Source: Negativicutes bacterium (GTDB lineage: Bacteria; Bacillota; Negativicutes; UBA1444). From it: a stretch of 64,000 nucleotides of DNA. The position numbers and the translations under genes were made by a program. Where the stretch lies: NCBI GenBank assembly GCA_963665275.2, contig CAXXIN010000003.1, positions 1 through 64,000 on the forward strand, read 5' to 3'. The notes under the pieces were generated by a model. It saw only the letters and a list, made by a program, of their open reading frames with translations, searched no databases and had not been told where the DNA came from. The stretch's first letter is position 1. Each line of letters begins with the position of its first letter. Below, in pieces: positions 40,171 through 50,143 of this stretch.

Positions 40171-40722
40171 ATGTATCGCCGGGTCATTCGCACTTGTGCC
40201 AAAACAGGCGCACACACTTATAGATTTTACCGAAGTCTGCTCCAAAAGACAGGGCATTTAGTTTTTAGCCGGGTCTCCCTGATTGTGATCAGCATAATCA
40301 TTCTGTCCATCTCTGTGGATGTTTTGCGTCACCTTTATGACTGGGCGCTTTCTCAGTCCGACGATCTGGAAGAAATGTTGCGGGAAACCGAGGGGATTTC
40401 CACGCTTTTTCTCGGCATAGGCTTGATTTTGAAGGAGCGCCGCTTACTGGAAAAAATATTTGGCACAGGCCCGAGTCAGGCAGACTGGATCAATAACCTC
40501 TGTCTCCATACCGGTCTTGGACTGATTCTGACCGGGACGGCAATGCGGATCGCCGCGCAACTGATACGCATCCCCAATCGTCTCATTTCCACACATGGGA
40601 AAGAGCATTACATCTTCGCTGTCGGTTTGCTTTTTTGCGCGCTGGCATGCCTGCAATTGCTTTACCTTGTTATAAGACTCGGACTAAGAACTCGTTATTC
40701 CAAGCCGCCTGCGGCGCAATAA
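40171..40722 (+). CDS. Hypothetical membrane protein (about 4 TM)
   Basis: RBS AGGAGG before ATG 40171; hydrophobic helices. Confidence 0.7.
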   Translation: MYRRVIRTCAKTGAHTYRFYRSLLQKTGHLVFSRVSLIVISIIILSISVDVLRHLYDWALSQSDDLEEMLRETEGISTLFLGIGLILKERRLLEKIFGTGPSQADWINNLCLHTGLGLILTGTAMRIAAQLIRIPNRLISTHGKEHYIFAVGLLFCALACLQLLYLVIRLGLRTRYSKPPAAQ

Positions 40723-40790
40723 CGAGTTGGCGCATCCGATTTCCCCGGATCGTAAAATTTGCACCAGATACGATTCAGCAGTATTTCCAG

Positions 40791-41894
40791 CTAGGGTTCC
40801 ATAGACACGATCGCAACCAGTCGCGCCCTGACCATTATCTGTCTTTCACCAATCGAATAATTATCTACAATGATTTTGACATGCGCTTTTTCCTTCGGCA
40901 GAGAAGGCGAATTGGGCTCCAGCATCAAAACCAAAGAGCGCTTTGTTTCAAAGCCTTTCAACCTCGGGAGACTGTCGGCATAAAAATCATCGACCAGGAA
41001 AACGTAGCCTGCCCCATCCCCCATATTGTCAACCCATTCGCTGACACCGACCAGCTCTTTTTCGCCCGTAAAATGGGCATCTATCAGCGACCCGTTCCTC
41101 AGATCAACGGCATCCACCGTCAACCCAGCATAGACATCTCCAACCTTCACAGCCGTTTTATCGATCACATTGTCAGCTGACACGACTATCGGCAACATTG
41201 GTCGGGCTTGAAGGGCTCGCCACAAACTGCCTTTTTGATCGATAATGTCGATCAGGTCGGCATAGGGTAACCCATATCCACTGATTGTCCCTGTTGCATA
41301 GCTGGGAATCGCATAAACCCGGACCGCTTTGTCCGATAATAAAAACGCTGCTTTAGCTCCTTGCCAGGAATGGAGGAAATCTTCATGCTTCCAGCCATCC
41401 CAGAGTCCTTCTACCTGCAAACGGTAACGCTCACGATTTTTATCACACTGCTCCTTGATCCGACCCGCAAAATCAGTTCCGGCGGTAAACAACTCCGCCA
41501 ATTGATAGATCTGCCCCGTAGTCAGGTCAATATGAACTCCCAGGTCAATCTTGTTGGGATGGGCGGTGCCTTTCGTAAAACTGTATCCGGTGAAATGAAT
41601 CCCCAATAAATTGGAATTATAAAAACTAACAATAAAATCTCCATTCAAGGAACTACCTGGTGTAGGGTTGTTCAGTGCGAGGATAGTATCTTTGATTTTG
41701 GCATTGAGCATCGCCTGCGTTTTTGCATCCGCCATTCCCTGAATTTGTGGGATGAAGACCTTGCCATTGCTATTGACATGCCGAACTTTTAAAATACTCA
41801 CCGTTTCCGCAGCAGATGCGCTCCCGACACACAAACCTGTTGACAGCAAAATCAGAACCATAGGAAAGAGCAGGATCCTTAGCCATTTTTTCAT
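40791..41894 (-). CDS. Exported DUF4163/DUF3298 (PdaC/RsiV-like) domain protein
   Basis: Signal peptide; IPQI.G...Q..LN, GTAHP, IDLTTGQIY.L.ELF pattern. Confidence 0.65.
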   Translation of the reverse strand: MKKWLRILLFPMVLILLSTGLCVGSASAAETVSILKVRHVNSNGKVFIPQIQGMADAKTQAMLNAKIKDTILALNNPTPGSSLNGDFIVSFYNSNLLGIHFTGYSFTKGTAHPNKIDLGVHIDLTTGQIYQLAELFTAGTDFAGRIKEQCDKNRERYRLQVEGLWDGWKHEDFLHSWQGAKAAFLLSDKAVRVYAIPSYATGTISGYGLPYADLIDIIDQKGSLWRALQARPMLPIVVSADNVIDKTAVKVGDVYAGLTVDAVDLRNGSLIDAHFTGEKELVGVSEWVDNMGDGAGYVFLVDDFYADSLPRLKGFETKRSLVLMLEPNSPSLPKEKAHVKIIVDNYSIGERQIMVRARLVAIVSMEP

Positions 41895-41944
41895 TTGCTT
41901 TATCCCTCCGCCGTTAAGCATTTTATTCAAGCATATTTAACCAT

Positions 41945-42247
41945 TTACTGGATTTCAAACTGTTGATTCAAATGAGCCAGCTCAAACAAATCTTTTACGA
42001 GCCCCTGCAGACCCGTGATCTTTATGGTTCCACCCGCCTGGACAATTTGCTTGCGAACGAAAATCAGCATTCCCAGCCCCGTACTATCCATATAATCAAC
42101 TTGCGACAAATCAACCATAAACAGCTTATGACCTCGATTAATCAAATAAGTAAATGTCTCGCGCAACTCAGTCGCTTCCGCTATATAAATGCTACCTGAA
42201 ATATAAATGCACATTTGCCCGTTCATAAGTTTTGTCTCTCGGATCAT
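41945..42247 (-). CDS. STAS anti-sigma factor antagonist
   Basis: VDLSQVDYMDSTGLG. Confidence 0.92.
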   Translation of the reverse strand: MIRETKLMNGQMCIYISGSIYIAEATELRETFTYLINRGHKLFMVDLSQVDYMDSTGLGMLIFVRKQIVQAGGTIKITGLQGLVKDLFELAHLNQQFEIQ

Positions 42248-42386
42248 TATAATCCTCCTTTTAATGAAGCTTGGGCTGTGAAAATATAATAGGATCTTCG
42301 ATGTAAAGGTATAGGGCTATCCTTCTCCATAATAATAGTTCAAATATTCAAGACTGTATACAGATTTTGGGATAAAAGGCACCAAA

Positions 42387-42416
42387 CAGCTCTTCGGACG
42401 AAAATCCGAAGAGCTG
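42387..42416. repeat. Palindrome family copy / terminator
   Basis: CAGCTCTTCGGA-cgaaaa-TCCGAAGAGCTG. Confidence 0.7.
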
Positions 42417-42438
42417 TAATTGATCAATGCGAGATATT

Positions 42439-42765
42439 TTATTGCGTGAGTAAAACGCCTTGCTGAAGTTGAAACTGTTTATCCAAATGGGTCATTTCAA
42501 ACAACTCTTTGACGAGTCCATGGAGTCCCTCCAGTTTGAGGCTTCCACCTTTTTGCACAACTTGCCTGCGAACAAAAACCAACATTCCCAAACCCGTACT
42601 ATCGATATAATCGACTTGCGATAAGTCAACAACAAACATTTTATGACCCTTATTAATCAAGTACATAAAGGTTTCACGGATATCAGTCGCATCCTCGACA
42701 TAGATGCTCCCGACTACAACAATGTGCATTTCCCCATCAATCAGCGTTGTCTTCTCAATCATCAT
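42439..42765 (-). CDS. STAS anti-sigma factor antagonist (tandem paralog)
   Basis: VDLSQVDYIDSTGLG. Confidence 0.92.
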   Translation of the reverse strand: MMIEKTTLIDGEMHIVVVGSIYVEDATDIRETFMYLINKGHKMFVVDLSQVDYIDSTGLGMLVFVRRQVVQKGGSLKLEGLHGLVKELFEMTHLDKQFQLQQGVLLTQ

Positions 42766-43089
42766 TTCATCCTTTTGCCAATTTCAAATTTGTGGACATC
42801 AATACTGCGTTTTCACACTATTGTCTGTGGAAGCGGGATGAAAATTCAGCTATCGTGAAACAATGAATACAATCAATAGCGCCCAAAAGGCATTGCGAAA
42901 ATCCGCTCAATGTAAAATAATAGTAGTAACGATATGCGTTACACAGAGATAGAGAAAAAGTGCTTAGTCCTTCGCTGAGATCCGTAGAAAAGTTTGCGTA
43001 TTGCGGCAGTTCATATGTCGGCAATTGAAGATAAAAATAGCCAAAAATTAATTTCGGCCATAAATTACTCTGCTTAACCCAATGTTAAG

Positions 43090-43172
43090 AAAGGCAACCT
43101 GGCAATCATAGACCGTAATCCGTAGACCCATAGCTTTGCGTCCTTATCTTTCGATAAGTTTGCCGCGATTAA
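43090..43172 (-). ncRNA. Cyclic di-GMP-I (GEMM-I) riboswitch
   Basis: Minus strand GGCAAACTTATC-GAAA-GATAAGGACGCAAAGCTATGGGTCTACGG...ATGATTGCCAGGTTGCC matches the GEMM-I core; terminator-like hairpin with U tract at ~43060-43033. Confidence 0.92.
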
Positions 43173-43325
43173 ATTATCAACGGTCCAATCTCGTCCAGTA
43201 TTGGGTCCGGAAGCTTACAGTAATAATATATCGCAAAGTTTTGGGACTGTCTATGGGCGTATGGGATAACAAAATTGAATAATCGGGATAATTGCAAAAA
43301 CAATCTATTTCGAGGGGGAATAACG

Positions 43326-43742
43326 GTGTCACAGACAACGCTTAAAGTCACCGCGGCGCTGCTCAAGCATAATAACAAGATTTTAATTGCCCAACGGACC
43401 AATTCTGGACGCTTCGCCAACAAATGGGAGTTTCCCGGAGGAAAAATCGATCCCGGCGAAACGCCGCAAGAAGCTTTGATGCGTGAGTTGCAAGAAGAAC
43501 TCGGAATGGAAACAAAAATCGGTCCTCTTTACAGCGACACAATTTATCCCTACGAATATGGGGAGATTCGACAATTTACCTACTGGGTTGAATGGTCGAA
43601 CCTCCCTGACGACATCCATTTGTTCGAACATCAGGCTATTGCCTGGGTTACTCCTGCAGAAATGGCGCAATACGATTTTGCCGGGGCAGATTATGCCGTA
43701 GTCGAGAAATTGCAAAAAGAGGCAACTAGCTCCTCATTGTGA
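43326..43742 (+). CDS. mutT: MutT-like Nudix hydrolase
   Basis: WEFPGGKIDPGETPQEALMRELQEE Nudix box; GTG start after GAGGGGG. Confidence 0.88.
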   Translation: MSQTTLKVTAALLKHNNKILIAQRTNSGRFANKWEFPGGKIDPGETPQEALMRELQEELGMETKIGPLYSDTIYPYEYGEIRQFTYWVEWSNLPDDIHLFEHQAIAWVTPAEMAQYDFAGADYAVVEKLQKEATSSSL

Positions 43743-44342
43743 GGCGCCTAGCACTTTCGCGTTCATTACTGTTTCGAATTCAGCAAAGGTAAACGCCCCT
43801 TCAATAATTTTTTCTTCACCAAAGAAGACAGTCGGCACCCACTCAATTTTCTTGTCTATGCATTCGTGTTCGTGCTCCAGGAGCACTTTCTCATAACAAC
43901 CACTTCCCAACGCTTGCCGCAAGGCATTCTCATTCAGCCCGACTTGTCTGGCAATCGTCACAAGCACTTCCATGTCGCCAATATTCTTTTTATCAACAAA
44001 ACTGGCATGATACACAGCATCAATCCACGCATGCAGTTTTCGGTTTTTCCTGGCGACTTCCACGGCGGCAAGCGCCCAACGCGTATTGGGAACGAAAACT
44101 TTTTCGCCTGGGGCCAGCCCTACAGGTGCGCCAAGCGCATTGAGCTTTTGTCGCCTTTCCGCCAAATCCACCCCCTGCAAAACATCCTGAATATTGCGCC
44201 CTTCACGGGGGATTTCAGGATGGATTTCCCAGCTCACCCAGTCATCATTTAATTCGCCGCTTTCTCTGATCTTTTTGAAATACCCCCAGGCAAGATAGCA
44301 ATACGGACATGAAAAGTCAAAAAATATTCTCAATGGTTTCAA
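43734..44342 (-). CDS. DsbA/FrnE family oxidoreductase
   Basis: FFDFSCPYCY, EIHPE, VPT, IEGA. Confidence 0.88.
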   Translation of the reverse strand: MKPLRIFFDFSCPYCYLAWGYFKKIRESGELNDDWVSWEIHPEIPREGRNIQDVLQGVDLAERRQKLNALGAPVGLAPGEKVFVPNTRWALAAVEVARKNRKLHAWIDAVYHASFVDKKNIGDMEVLVTIARQVGLNENALRQALGSGCYEKVLLEHEHECIDKKIEWVPTVFFGEEKIIEGAFTFAEFETVMNAKVLGASQ

Positions 44343-44364
44343 CGTTAAGTTCCCCCCTTATTTT

Positions 44365-44895
44365 CTATCGCTTTCGTACAACTTTAACTTTTTTTCGTAG
44401 AGCTGATACTTGCAATTGACTTTTTATAACACCATCAACAATATCAACAATATCAGCCTGAAAAAAGAAATACGGTGCAAACGAATGAATAACACCTATT
44501 TTATAATTACCCACAATTTGGATCAATAGAAAATAGTCAGCAGGAGAAATATTAAACCAGTAGCTTTTGCCTTGCTTTTCGCGGCAAAAGATACAAGACA
44601 TATCGTAGCCTAACCCCGATTCACTTTTCTTGATTGTCAATTGCATATAACAATCATCGAGTTCAGGCAGACACTCCTCAACAGCAAACGTATACCCGCT
44701 AACAATCTGCTTGAACAATTCTTTTTCGTCATCATCGCAGCTAAAATAGTCTTGTTTTTCTTTTAGTTCTGCCATTATAGGCATCTGTTCCTTTCTCTGC
44801 ACATTAATCAAAGCGCGTGCATACGTGGCGATCCCTTCCGGGGTCATCAGTTCATCTGCCGAAAACTGTTTCTCAACGTCGTCAATCTCAGACAT
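44365..44895 (-). CDS. Hypothetical protein
   Basis: 176 aa ORF with RBS GAGGT; no family recognised. Confidence 0.65.
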   Translation of the reverse strand: MSEIDDVEKQFSADELMTPEGIATYARALINVQRKEQMPIMAELKEKQDYFSCDDDEKELFKQIVSGYTFAVEECLPELDDCYMQLTIKKSESGLGYDMSCIFCREKQGKSYWFNISPADYFLLIQIVGNYKIGVIHSFAPYFFFQADIVDIVDGVIKSQLQVSALRKKVKVVRKR

Positions 44896-45004
44896 CTTTT
44901 GCGCACCTCACGTTCCCATCATTTTTTTGTTTTGGGGGTAATTCAGTTATAGAAATTATAACACGGAAAAGCACCAGCCAGATCGCAACCCTCGTAGTCT
45001 TCAC

Positions 45005-45056
45005 GCATGACAAGAGGCTCACCGTATCAAATGATCCGGTGAGCCTCTTGTCATGC
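45005..45056. repeat. Long palindrome (family-related) / terminator
   Basis: GCATGACAAGAGGCTCACCG...CGGTGAGCCTCTTGTCATGC, 20-bp arms. Confidence 0.65.
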
Positions 45057-45097
45057 ACACGAAGAGAACACTAATACTTATTGGTGGGGTTACTCAT

Positions 45098-45215
45098 GGC
45101 GATTTTTCAAATCAAGTGCAACAGGCAACCGCAAAAACTTCAGCCGGGGTTTTCCATTGGAGTCGTTTACGTGGGCGATTATTCAGTAGCTCACCGGCTA
45201 TATTCACAGCGCCGA
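45098..45215 (-). mobile_element. IS30-family remnant (transposase C-terminus plus right end)
   Basis: Minus strand encodes ELLNNRPRKRLQWKTPAEVF followed by TGTTGCACTTGATTTGAAAAATCGCC, typical of IS30 right ends. Confidence 0.75.
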
Positions 45216-45300
45216 ACTGGCGCACCACCTCCATGGTTATTTTACCAACCATTCGCTGTGTCCGCAAAACTCAATACGGTTCAATAACAGCACGCTCGTC

Positions 45301-46422
45301 TTAATAATTTCCCATTTCTTTTTTTTGTTTGTCCTCGTACATTCGCCGATCACTGTGTTGAATCATTTCATCAACAGTATTATAAGTATTATCAAAAACC
45401 GTCAACCCATAACTGAAACTAATTCGATAGGGCAGGACATTGTTCGCGTTAAAAACACTGATTCTGTCAATCAGTGTTCCGATATACTGCTCAACCTTTT
45501 CTTTTCGATCCTCTCTCATCAAGACCATGAATTCATCGCCGCCCACACGAACCGGCACACCCTTGCCGTCGAATACTGTCTTCAATTCTGCTGCAAACAC
45601 CCGCAATACTTTATCGCCTTCGTGATGCCCATAAAGATCATTAATACTTTTAAAGTTATCCAGATCAATATTCACTACCGCTAAAACGATGTTGCTCTTC
45701 CGGCGATAACTTGCGAGACATTCATCATATGCCAACCGATTGCCCAGCCCCGTTAATGGATCGATTTTGGTCTGGCTGTGCAAAATAAATATGTAGTTAA
45801 CAACAATGGAAATCGCCATACTGTTCCAGATCGTCAAATACACAAAATATTTCAATTGGAAGATTGACATCACTATCGTAATGAGCGACAGCAAGCTCAA
45901 TATGAACAATTCTTCCTTATTGAGCTTCCGGCGGCTTTCATATAAAAACAACAAATTCAGTAAGTAATAAAAGGATAGCGTCAGGGGAGAGACGAAAAAT
46001 AACGGCCCCCGTTCGTACACATTTTCGCTGGTAATATGAAAGATCCAATTGAAATGAAAGCTGCCCAAAGACATAATGCCACATAGCACAACAGGGAAAC
46101 TCAGCCAAAAGAACTTATTCCGCGAAAGCTTGATATATTCATTCGTTCTTTTATATACGTACAACGCGGCCAGAATGGGCACTGCGGGCGCCAAAGCAAA
46201 CCCTAATGTGTCGACCAACTTATGGGCATTGATGAAGTTCGTATTGTGACTGGAGTTTAGCGCAACGCTTAAGATTTCCAGCACCAATATCAAGATCGTT
46301 GCCACAATCAATTCAAAAAACAATCTAAGAGCATGTTCTTTGCGATCGAATTTAAAGCAAGCATAAGCAAAAATTATTGATAATAACAGCACCATGAAAA
46401 TATTCAGCTGAATCGCCAGCAA
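45301..46422 (-). CDS. Membrane-anchored diguanylate cyclase
   Basis: About 7 N-terminal TM; DPLTGLGNR, DLDNFK, intact RVGGDEF. Confidence 0.92.
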   Translation of the reverse strand: MLAIQLNIFMVLLLSIIFAYACFKFDRKEHALRLFFELIVATILILVLEILSVALNSSHNTNFINAHKLVDTLGFALAPAVPILAALYVYKRTNEYIKLSRNKFFWLSFPVVLCGIMSLGSFHFNWIFHITSENVYERGPLFFVSPLTLSFYYLLNLLFLYESRRKLNKEELFILSLLSLITIVMSIFQLKYFVYLTIWNSMAISIVVNYIFILHSQTKIDPLTGLGNRLAYDECLASYRRKSNIVLAVVNIDLDNFKSINDLYGHHEGDKVLRVFAAELKTVFDGKGVPVRVGGDEFMVLMREDRKEKVEQYIGTLIDRISVFNANNVLPYRISFSYGLTVFDNTYNTVDEMIQHSDRRMYEDKQKKEMGNY

Positions 46423-46530
46423 TGCATTAATCGACCATCCCCTCCTATGCTGTTTTTTTTGCTTAGTAGTTTACAGTGGCATTATATCATTTTTTCTGTC
46501 TTGGCATTGTTTTCGGCTTCCTAAATTACC

Positions 46531-46568
46531 AGAAAGACTCTTCGGATAATCACCCGAAGAGTCTTTCT
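46531..46568. repeat. Palindrome family copy / terminator
   Basis: AGAAAGACTCTTCGG-ataatcac-CCGAAGAGTCTTTCT. Confidence 0.7.
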
Positions 46569-46595
46569 TTTTAAGCCTGATCAATTGCAATACGA

Positions 46596-47054
46596 TTATA
46601 AGAAAATACGAACGACTATCGCGCCTATCTCGGCATCAATTACCCCGAGTCTGTGCTGATATCTCTCATTTTCAAACCTTTGGCGTTCATGCCATTCACG
46701 CTCATTTTCCCAGGCGCGTCGACGCATTTCCCATTCGTGTTGCGCTAATTCGCGGCGCTGCCATTCTTCACGCTCGTGGCGTTCCCATTCGGCTCGCTCG
46801 CTCCAATGCCAATTCTGTCTCGGTTGTTCATTCCGGTATCGATCCATCCGCTGCTGCTCCTGATGTTGCCATTCATTACGCCGACGTTCGTCCCGTTGCC
46901 GATGTTCTTGGTACCGATCGTGATTTTGACGTTGTTCCTGCTGTTGCCTGTTATCGTGATTGTTCGGCGCGGCCTGTACCACCGATGCGCCTAGGCCGCT
47001 CATCATAATTCCCGCTAGAGTATATACGATTAGTTTTTGTGCTTGTTTTGCCAC
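46596..47054 (-). CDS. Exported low-complexity Q/R/E/H/W-rich protein (paralog 1)
   Basis: GTG start after AAGGAG; signal peptide ending VVQAAP; repetitive WERHERE-type segments; hydrophobic C-terminal tail. Confidence 0.8.
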   Translation of the reverse strand: MAKQAQKLIVYTLAGIMMSGLGASVVQAAPNNHDNRQQQEQRQNHDRYQEHRQRDERRRNEWQHQEQQRMDRYRNEQPRQNWHWSERAEWERHEREEWQRRELAQHEWEMRRRAWENEREWHERQRFENERYQHRLGVIDAEIGAIVVRIFL

Positions 47055-47136
47055 GAATTCCAACTCCTTTACTCGATGTATTCCGTTGCGTTTAGGGCGC
47101 AAATCCTTACCTCACAGTTTCCCTTTGCTTTCTTTT

Positions 47137-47179
47137 ATTATGCACCTCAAATGTGTCCGAAATGTGTCATAGATGTGTC
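47137..47179 (-). promoter_or_regulatory. Three 11-bp-period direct repeats upstream of a CATAAT -10
   Basis: ATGTGTC at 47151, 47162 and 47173; same geometry as 55264-55308. Confidence 0.65.
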
Positions 47180-47237
47180 TATTCTATGTTTTTAGCATAA
47201 TGGGCGGTCGCTATACCCATTTCTTAAACTTAACCCG

Positions 47238-47285
47238 AAAATATCAAGGCTCCTCGGAAGCAAATCCGAGGAGCCTTGATATTTT
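47238..47285. repeat. Palindrome family copy between divergent genes
   Basis: AAAATATCAAGGCTCCTCGGA-agcaaa-TCCGAGGAGCCTTGATATTTT. Confidence 0.75.
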
Positions 47286-47358
47286 TCTGCACACTCTCGA
47301 TAGTTTACACCTGTCATTTCGCGAAAAGATGATATAGTAGTAGGGGAGCTGATTTTAA

Positions 47359-47631
47359 ATGTCTAGCCAAGTTGAACTGTTCAAAACTTTGTGTCAGCGT
47401 TATCTCGATGGGCAACTGGGTGCGAGTGATTATCTTTTCGCGTATGAAGAACTCTATATCTCATCTGAGGTAACTTTGTCTGAAAGAGAGTTCGTGGTTT
47501 TCGATGGTATCTACATCATTAATGCCCGTTTCGAACCAAATGGCAAAATTCGCAAAGGGGATAAGTACCTTATTGACGAAAGCGAATTGCAGCGACTAAT
47601 ACAAAAGAGTGTTAGCGGTTTAGTCTCATGA
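47359..47631 (+). CDS. Colicin-D-immunity-like small protein (orphan)
   Basis: Pattern L..RYLDG.....Y...Y..LY....F.P...R...Y.IDE.EL resembles colicin D immunity-type helical bundles; RBS GGGGAG. Confidence 0.55.
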   Translation: MSSQVELFKTLCQRYLDGQLGASDYLFAYEELYISSEVTLSEREFVVFDGIYIINARFEPNGKIRKGDKYLIDESELQRLIQKSVSGLVS

Positions 47632-47718
47632 AGTGTTTGCGATCTACGTCAGCACAGAAGGAATCGTTTCTTATACGTCGAAAAAAAACAATAATAAATT
47701 GTGATTGGAGATATTGTT

Positions 47719-48288
47719 ATGAAGAAAAACCTGTTTTCTGGGCTGAAGATTGGAATAGGCTTATTAGCAATGATTCTTGTGGCTTTTTCACCTGCTACAC
47801 TTTCTGGAATAGCGTTAGCCCAGCAACTTAGTAGCCAAGATTCCAAAACAAATTATACGAAAATTGGGTATGCTCTTATGAAGGAAAACATGGGATTTTT
47901 GTCCATCGGTATTCCCGATAGTGTCGTTGTGAAAAATCTCGGCGAACCAGAGAAAAAATCCACAGCGCGAATTTGGGGCGCCGATGGAATGGAACACCAG
48001 AGTTGGCATTATCAAAGCCAGGGCATTGAGTTGGATATGATCCTAAAGGGAAGTACACAGATCGTTGACAGAATCTCTATCCAAAGTCCTTGTGATTATA
48101 AAACCCAAAGGGGTATTCAAATCGGCAGCAAAGAGATAGAAGTCCAAACTGCTTATAAAGCTGAGATTAATCCTCATGACAGCAAGCCCGACTCAACGCT
48201 CGTCGCTGGCACCATTTATGGAGGTATCATATTTGGCTTAAGAGAGGGTATTGTAACCTCGATCTTCATCGGTGCTGCTGCGGAATAG
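47719..48288 (+). CDS. Exported hypothetical protein
   Basis: RBS GGAG; signal peptide; LGEPE, KTQRGIQIGS...V..AY pattern. Confidence 0.7.
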   Translation: MKKNLFSGLKIGIGLLAMILVAFSPATLSGIALAQQLSSQDSKTNYTKIGYALMKENMGFLSIGIPDSVVVKNLGEPEKKSTARIWGADGMEHQSWHYQSQGIELDMILKGSTQIVDRISIQSPCDYKTQRGIQIGSKEIEVQTAYKAEINPHDSKPDSTLVAGTIYGGIIFGLREGIVTSIFIGAAAE

Positions 48289-48302
48289 ATTTGTATTCAC
48301 TT

Positions 48303-48842
48303 TCACCGCTTGCCTAACACACTTCCCAGGCAATGATCCAACGGAATGCTGCCCAGTCGTCGACTATCCAGACTATTGTTTCGGTTATCGCCCATCACGA
48401 AAATATGTCCCGGTGGAACAATCACTGTTTTGTCTTCGTAAGAACTTGCTTGCTCCTTCAAGTATGTTTCTGCAAGTCGATTCTGGTTCCGATACACCAC
48501 CCCATTTCTGAATTCAAGTGTATCGCCCGGTTTGCCAATCACTCTTTTGACATAAACATACTCTGGCTGGCTCAGCCATTTTTCAATCGGATCAACCAAG
48601 TCATCTTTGACGCTGCGTTCACGATGGATTCGACTGTCAATCACGACAACATCGCCATAATCCGGTAGTTGAGCAAAAGTGTGCACCACTTTTTGGACAA
48701 AAAGGTTTTCGCCATCATGCAAGGTTGGTTCCATTGAGGGGCCAGCGACCACCATCCGTTGAAAAACAAAAGCATTAATAAACAGTGCGAGCGCCAAAGC
48801 AATGACTATACTCGATATCCAATCCCAAATCGTTTTAACCAC
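48303..48842 (-). CDS. lepB: Signal peptidase I
   Basis: GPSMEPTL (Ser), YVKRVIG (Lys), MGDNRNNSLDSR. Confidence 0.95.
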   Translation of the reverse strand: MVKTIWDWISSIVIALALALFINAFVFQRMVVAGPSMEPTLHDGENLFVQKVVHTFAQLPDYGDVVVIDSRIHRERSVKDDLVDPIEKWLSQPEYVYVKRVIGKPGDTLEFRNGVVYRNQNRLAETYLKEQASSYEDKTVIVPPGHIFVMGDNRNNSLDSRRLGSIPLDHCLGSVLGKR

Positions 48843-49160
48843 AGATATCCATCCTCCCGAACATTGATCATTCTTAATTATGCCATTTCACGTATAGTTT
48901 TATAGTACCATTTTTCTCCGAATTTGAAAGCCCCTCAATTAGACCTTGCGACCAATTCGTGAAGTCTATTTTTTAGCAAATCAAAAACATAGGGGCCGGT
49001 AATGATACCGCCCCCCCCTTATCATATGCGACAGGTTGCTGCAGATTTCTTCCGCAACGCACTGTCTATGCATTCTGCAAATGGTTAGCAGCCTGAGTTC
49101 AATTCACGGGTACTCTTCAAAGAAGAGTACCCGTTCTGTTGCCGCCAACCAAAAATGGAT

Positions 49161-49454
49161 CTATTTTTTCTGTTCGGTAAATGTGTGCCAGTGCCCGCAA
49201 CTCTCATAGCCATGCTCTCCATTATTTGGCATGCCTAGTCCGGTTGCCATATCGCCGGTGTAGTCAACTTTTTGAAAAAACTGATCACTTACCGCTGGAT
49301 CGGTTGTCGAATAGTCAATTCCGGAAGATGAAACTGCAACAAGTTCGGCGAACTGCTGCCCTTTCGGTGCATCATTATATTTTCGATGATAAGTTCCCAT
49401 TTCATCGCGGCCCTGGGATATCTCCTGTAGCAGCTTCGTTAATGGTTCAGACAT
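49161..49454 (-). CDS. Hypothetical protein
   Basis: Strong RBS GGGAGG; followed by hairpin ACGGGTACTCTTC-aaa-GAAGAGTACCCGT. Confidence 0.7.
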   Translation of the reverse strand: MSEPLTKLLQEISQGRDEMGTYHRKYNDAPKGQQFAELVAVSSSGIDYSTTDPAVSDQFFQKVDYTGDMATGLGMPNNGEHGYESCGHWHTFTEQKK

Positions 49455-49585
49455 GATTGTTTCCTCCCTTATTCTGCTTATGCTTTCTATATTGAACGAA
49501 GTGGAGAAGTTTTTCCGTAATCATTCCCGTTCCTTGGCTTAACTTCATCTTCGATGAATCAGCTAAATTGTTATGCTTTCTATAT

Positions 49586-50143
49586 TCACCGCTTATTACC
49601 CCCACCCACTTTATTACTTGGGTTAGCTTCATCCTCAATGACCTTCCACTCATCCTTGAGTGAGATCTGGCAGCTTCTCGCAAAGGCTGTAATAACGCTC
49701 ATAAGTTCTTTATAGTGAGCTTCGTCGACTTTTTTCATCAATATTAAATCGCCGAGATTATGATTCAACGCATCCATCTCTATCAGCAATTTCTCATGTT
49801 TCGGTTCATTCAAAAGCAAGGTAATCAGGTAGCTCGCTTTTAGAAAATCGCTATAGAGACTATCCTTGCCGTCTTCATTCGAGCCGGCTTTTTTTGCCAC
49901 AAAGAAGGCTTTTGCCAAATACTCGGCCATAGACTCCCTTGATAAATTGAGCAGCTTGATTTTTTCAGACGTAATCAACTCTTTGTAGGTCATCGAAAAC
50001 CGTGAAATTTGGTCATTACGGTTTTTCTTGACTAACGCCTGGTTGGTAAAATACCAGACTGCGATAGCGACCAGACCAGAGATCATCACCGGTACCACTA
50101 CAACAAACAAGCCAATATAGTCGTTTACGAATGCCGCCATCAA
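49586..50143 (-). CDS. Hypothetical protein with N-terminal TM anchor
   Basis: 185 aa ORF, one TM, helical cytoplasmic part. Confidence 0.65.
   Translation of the reverse strand: MMAAFVNDYIGLFVVVVPVMISGLVAIAVWYFTNQALVKKNRNDQISRFSMTYKELITSEKIKLLNLSRESMAEYLAKAFFVAKKAGSNEDGKDSLYSDFLKASYLITLLLNEPKHEKLLIEMDALNHNLGDLILMKKVDEAHYKELMSVITAFARSCQISLKDEWKVIEDEANPSNKVGGGNKR

Noticed and set aside
42960-43010. Second tandem GEMM aptamer (minus strand ACGCAAAC..TCTACGGAT)
   Set aside because: Lacks the GCAAAC/GAAA P2 hairpin and the 3' P1 strand; at most a decayed remnant
42818-43024. 68-aa ORF in the riboswitch leader
   Set aside because: TTG start without a clear RBS and atypical composition; probably spurious
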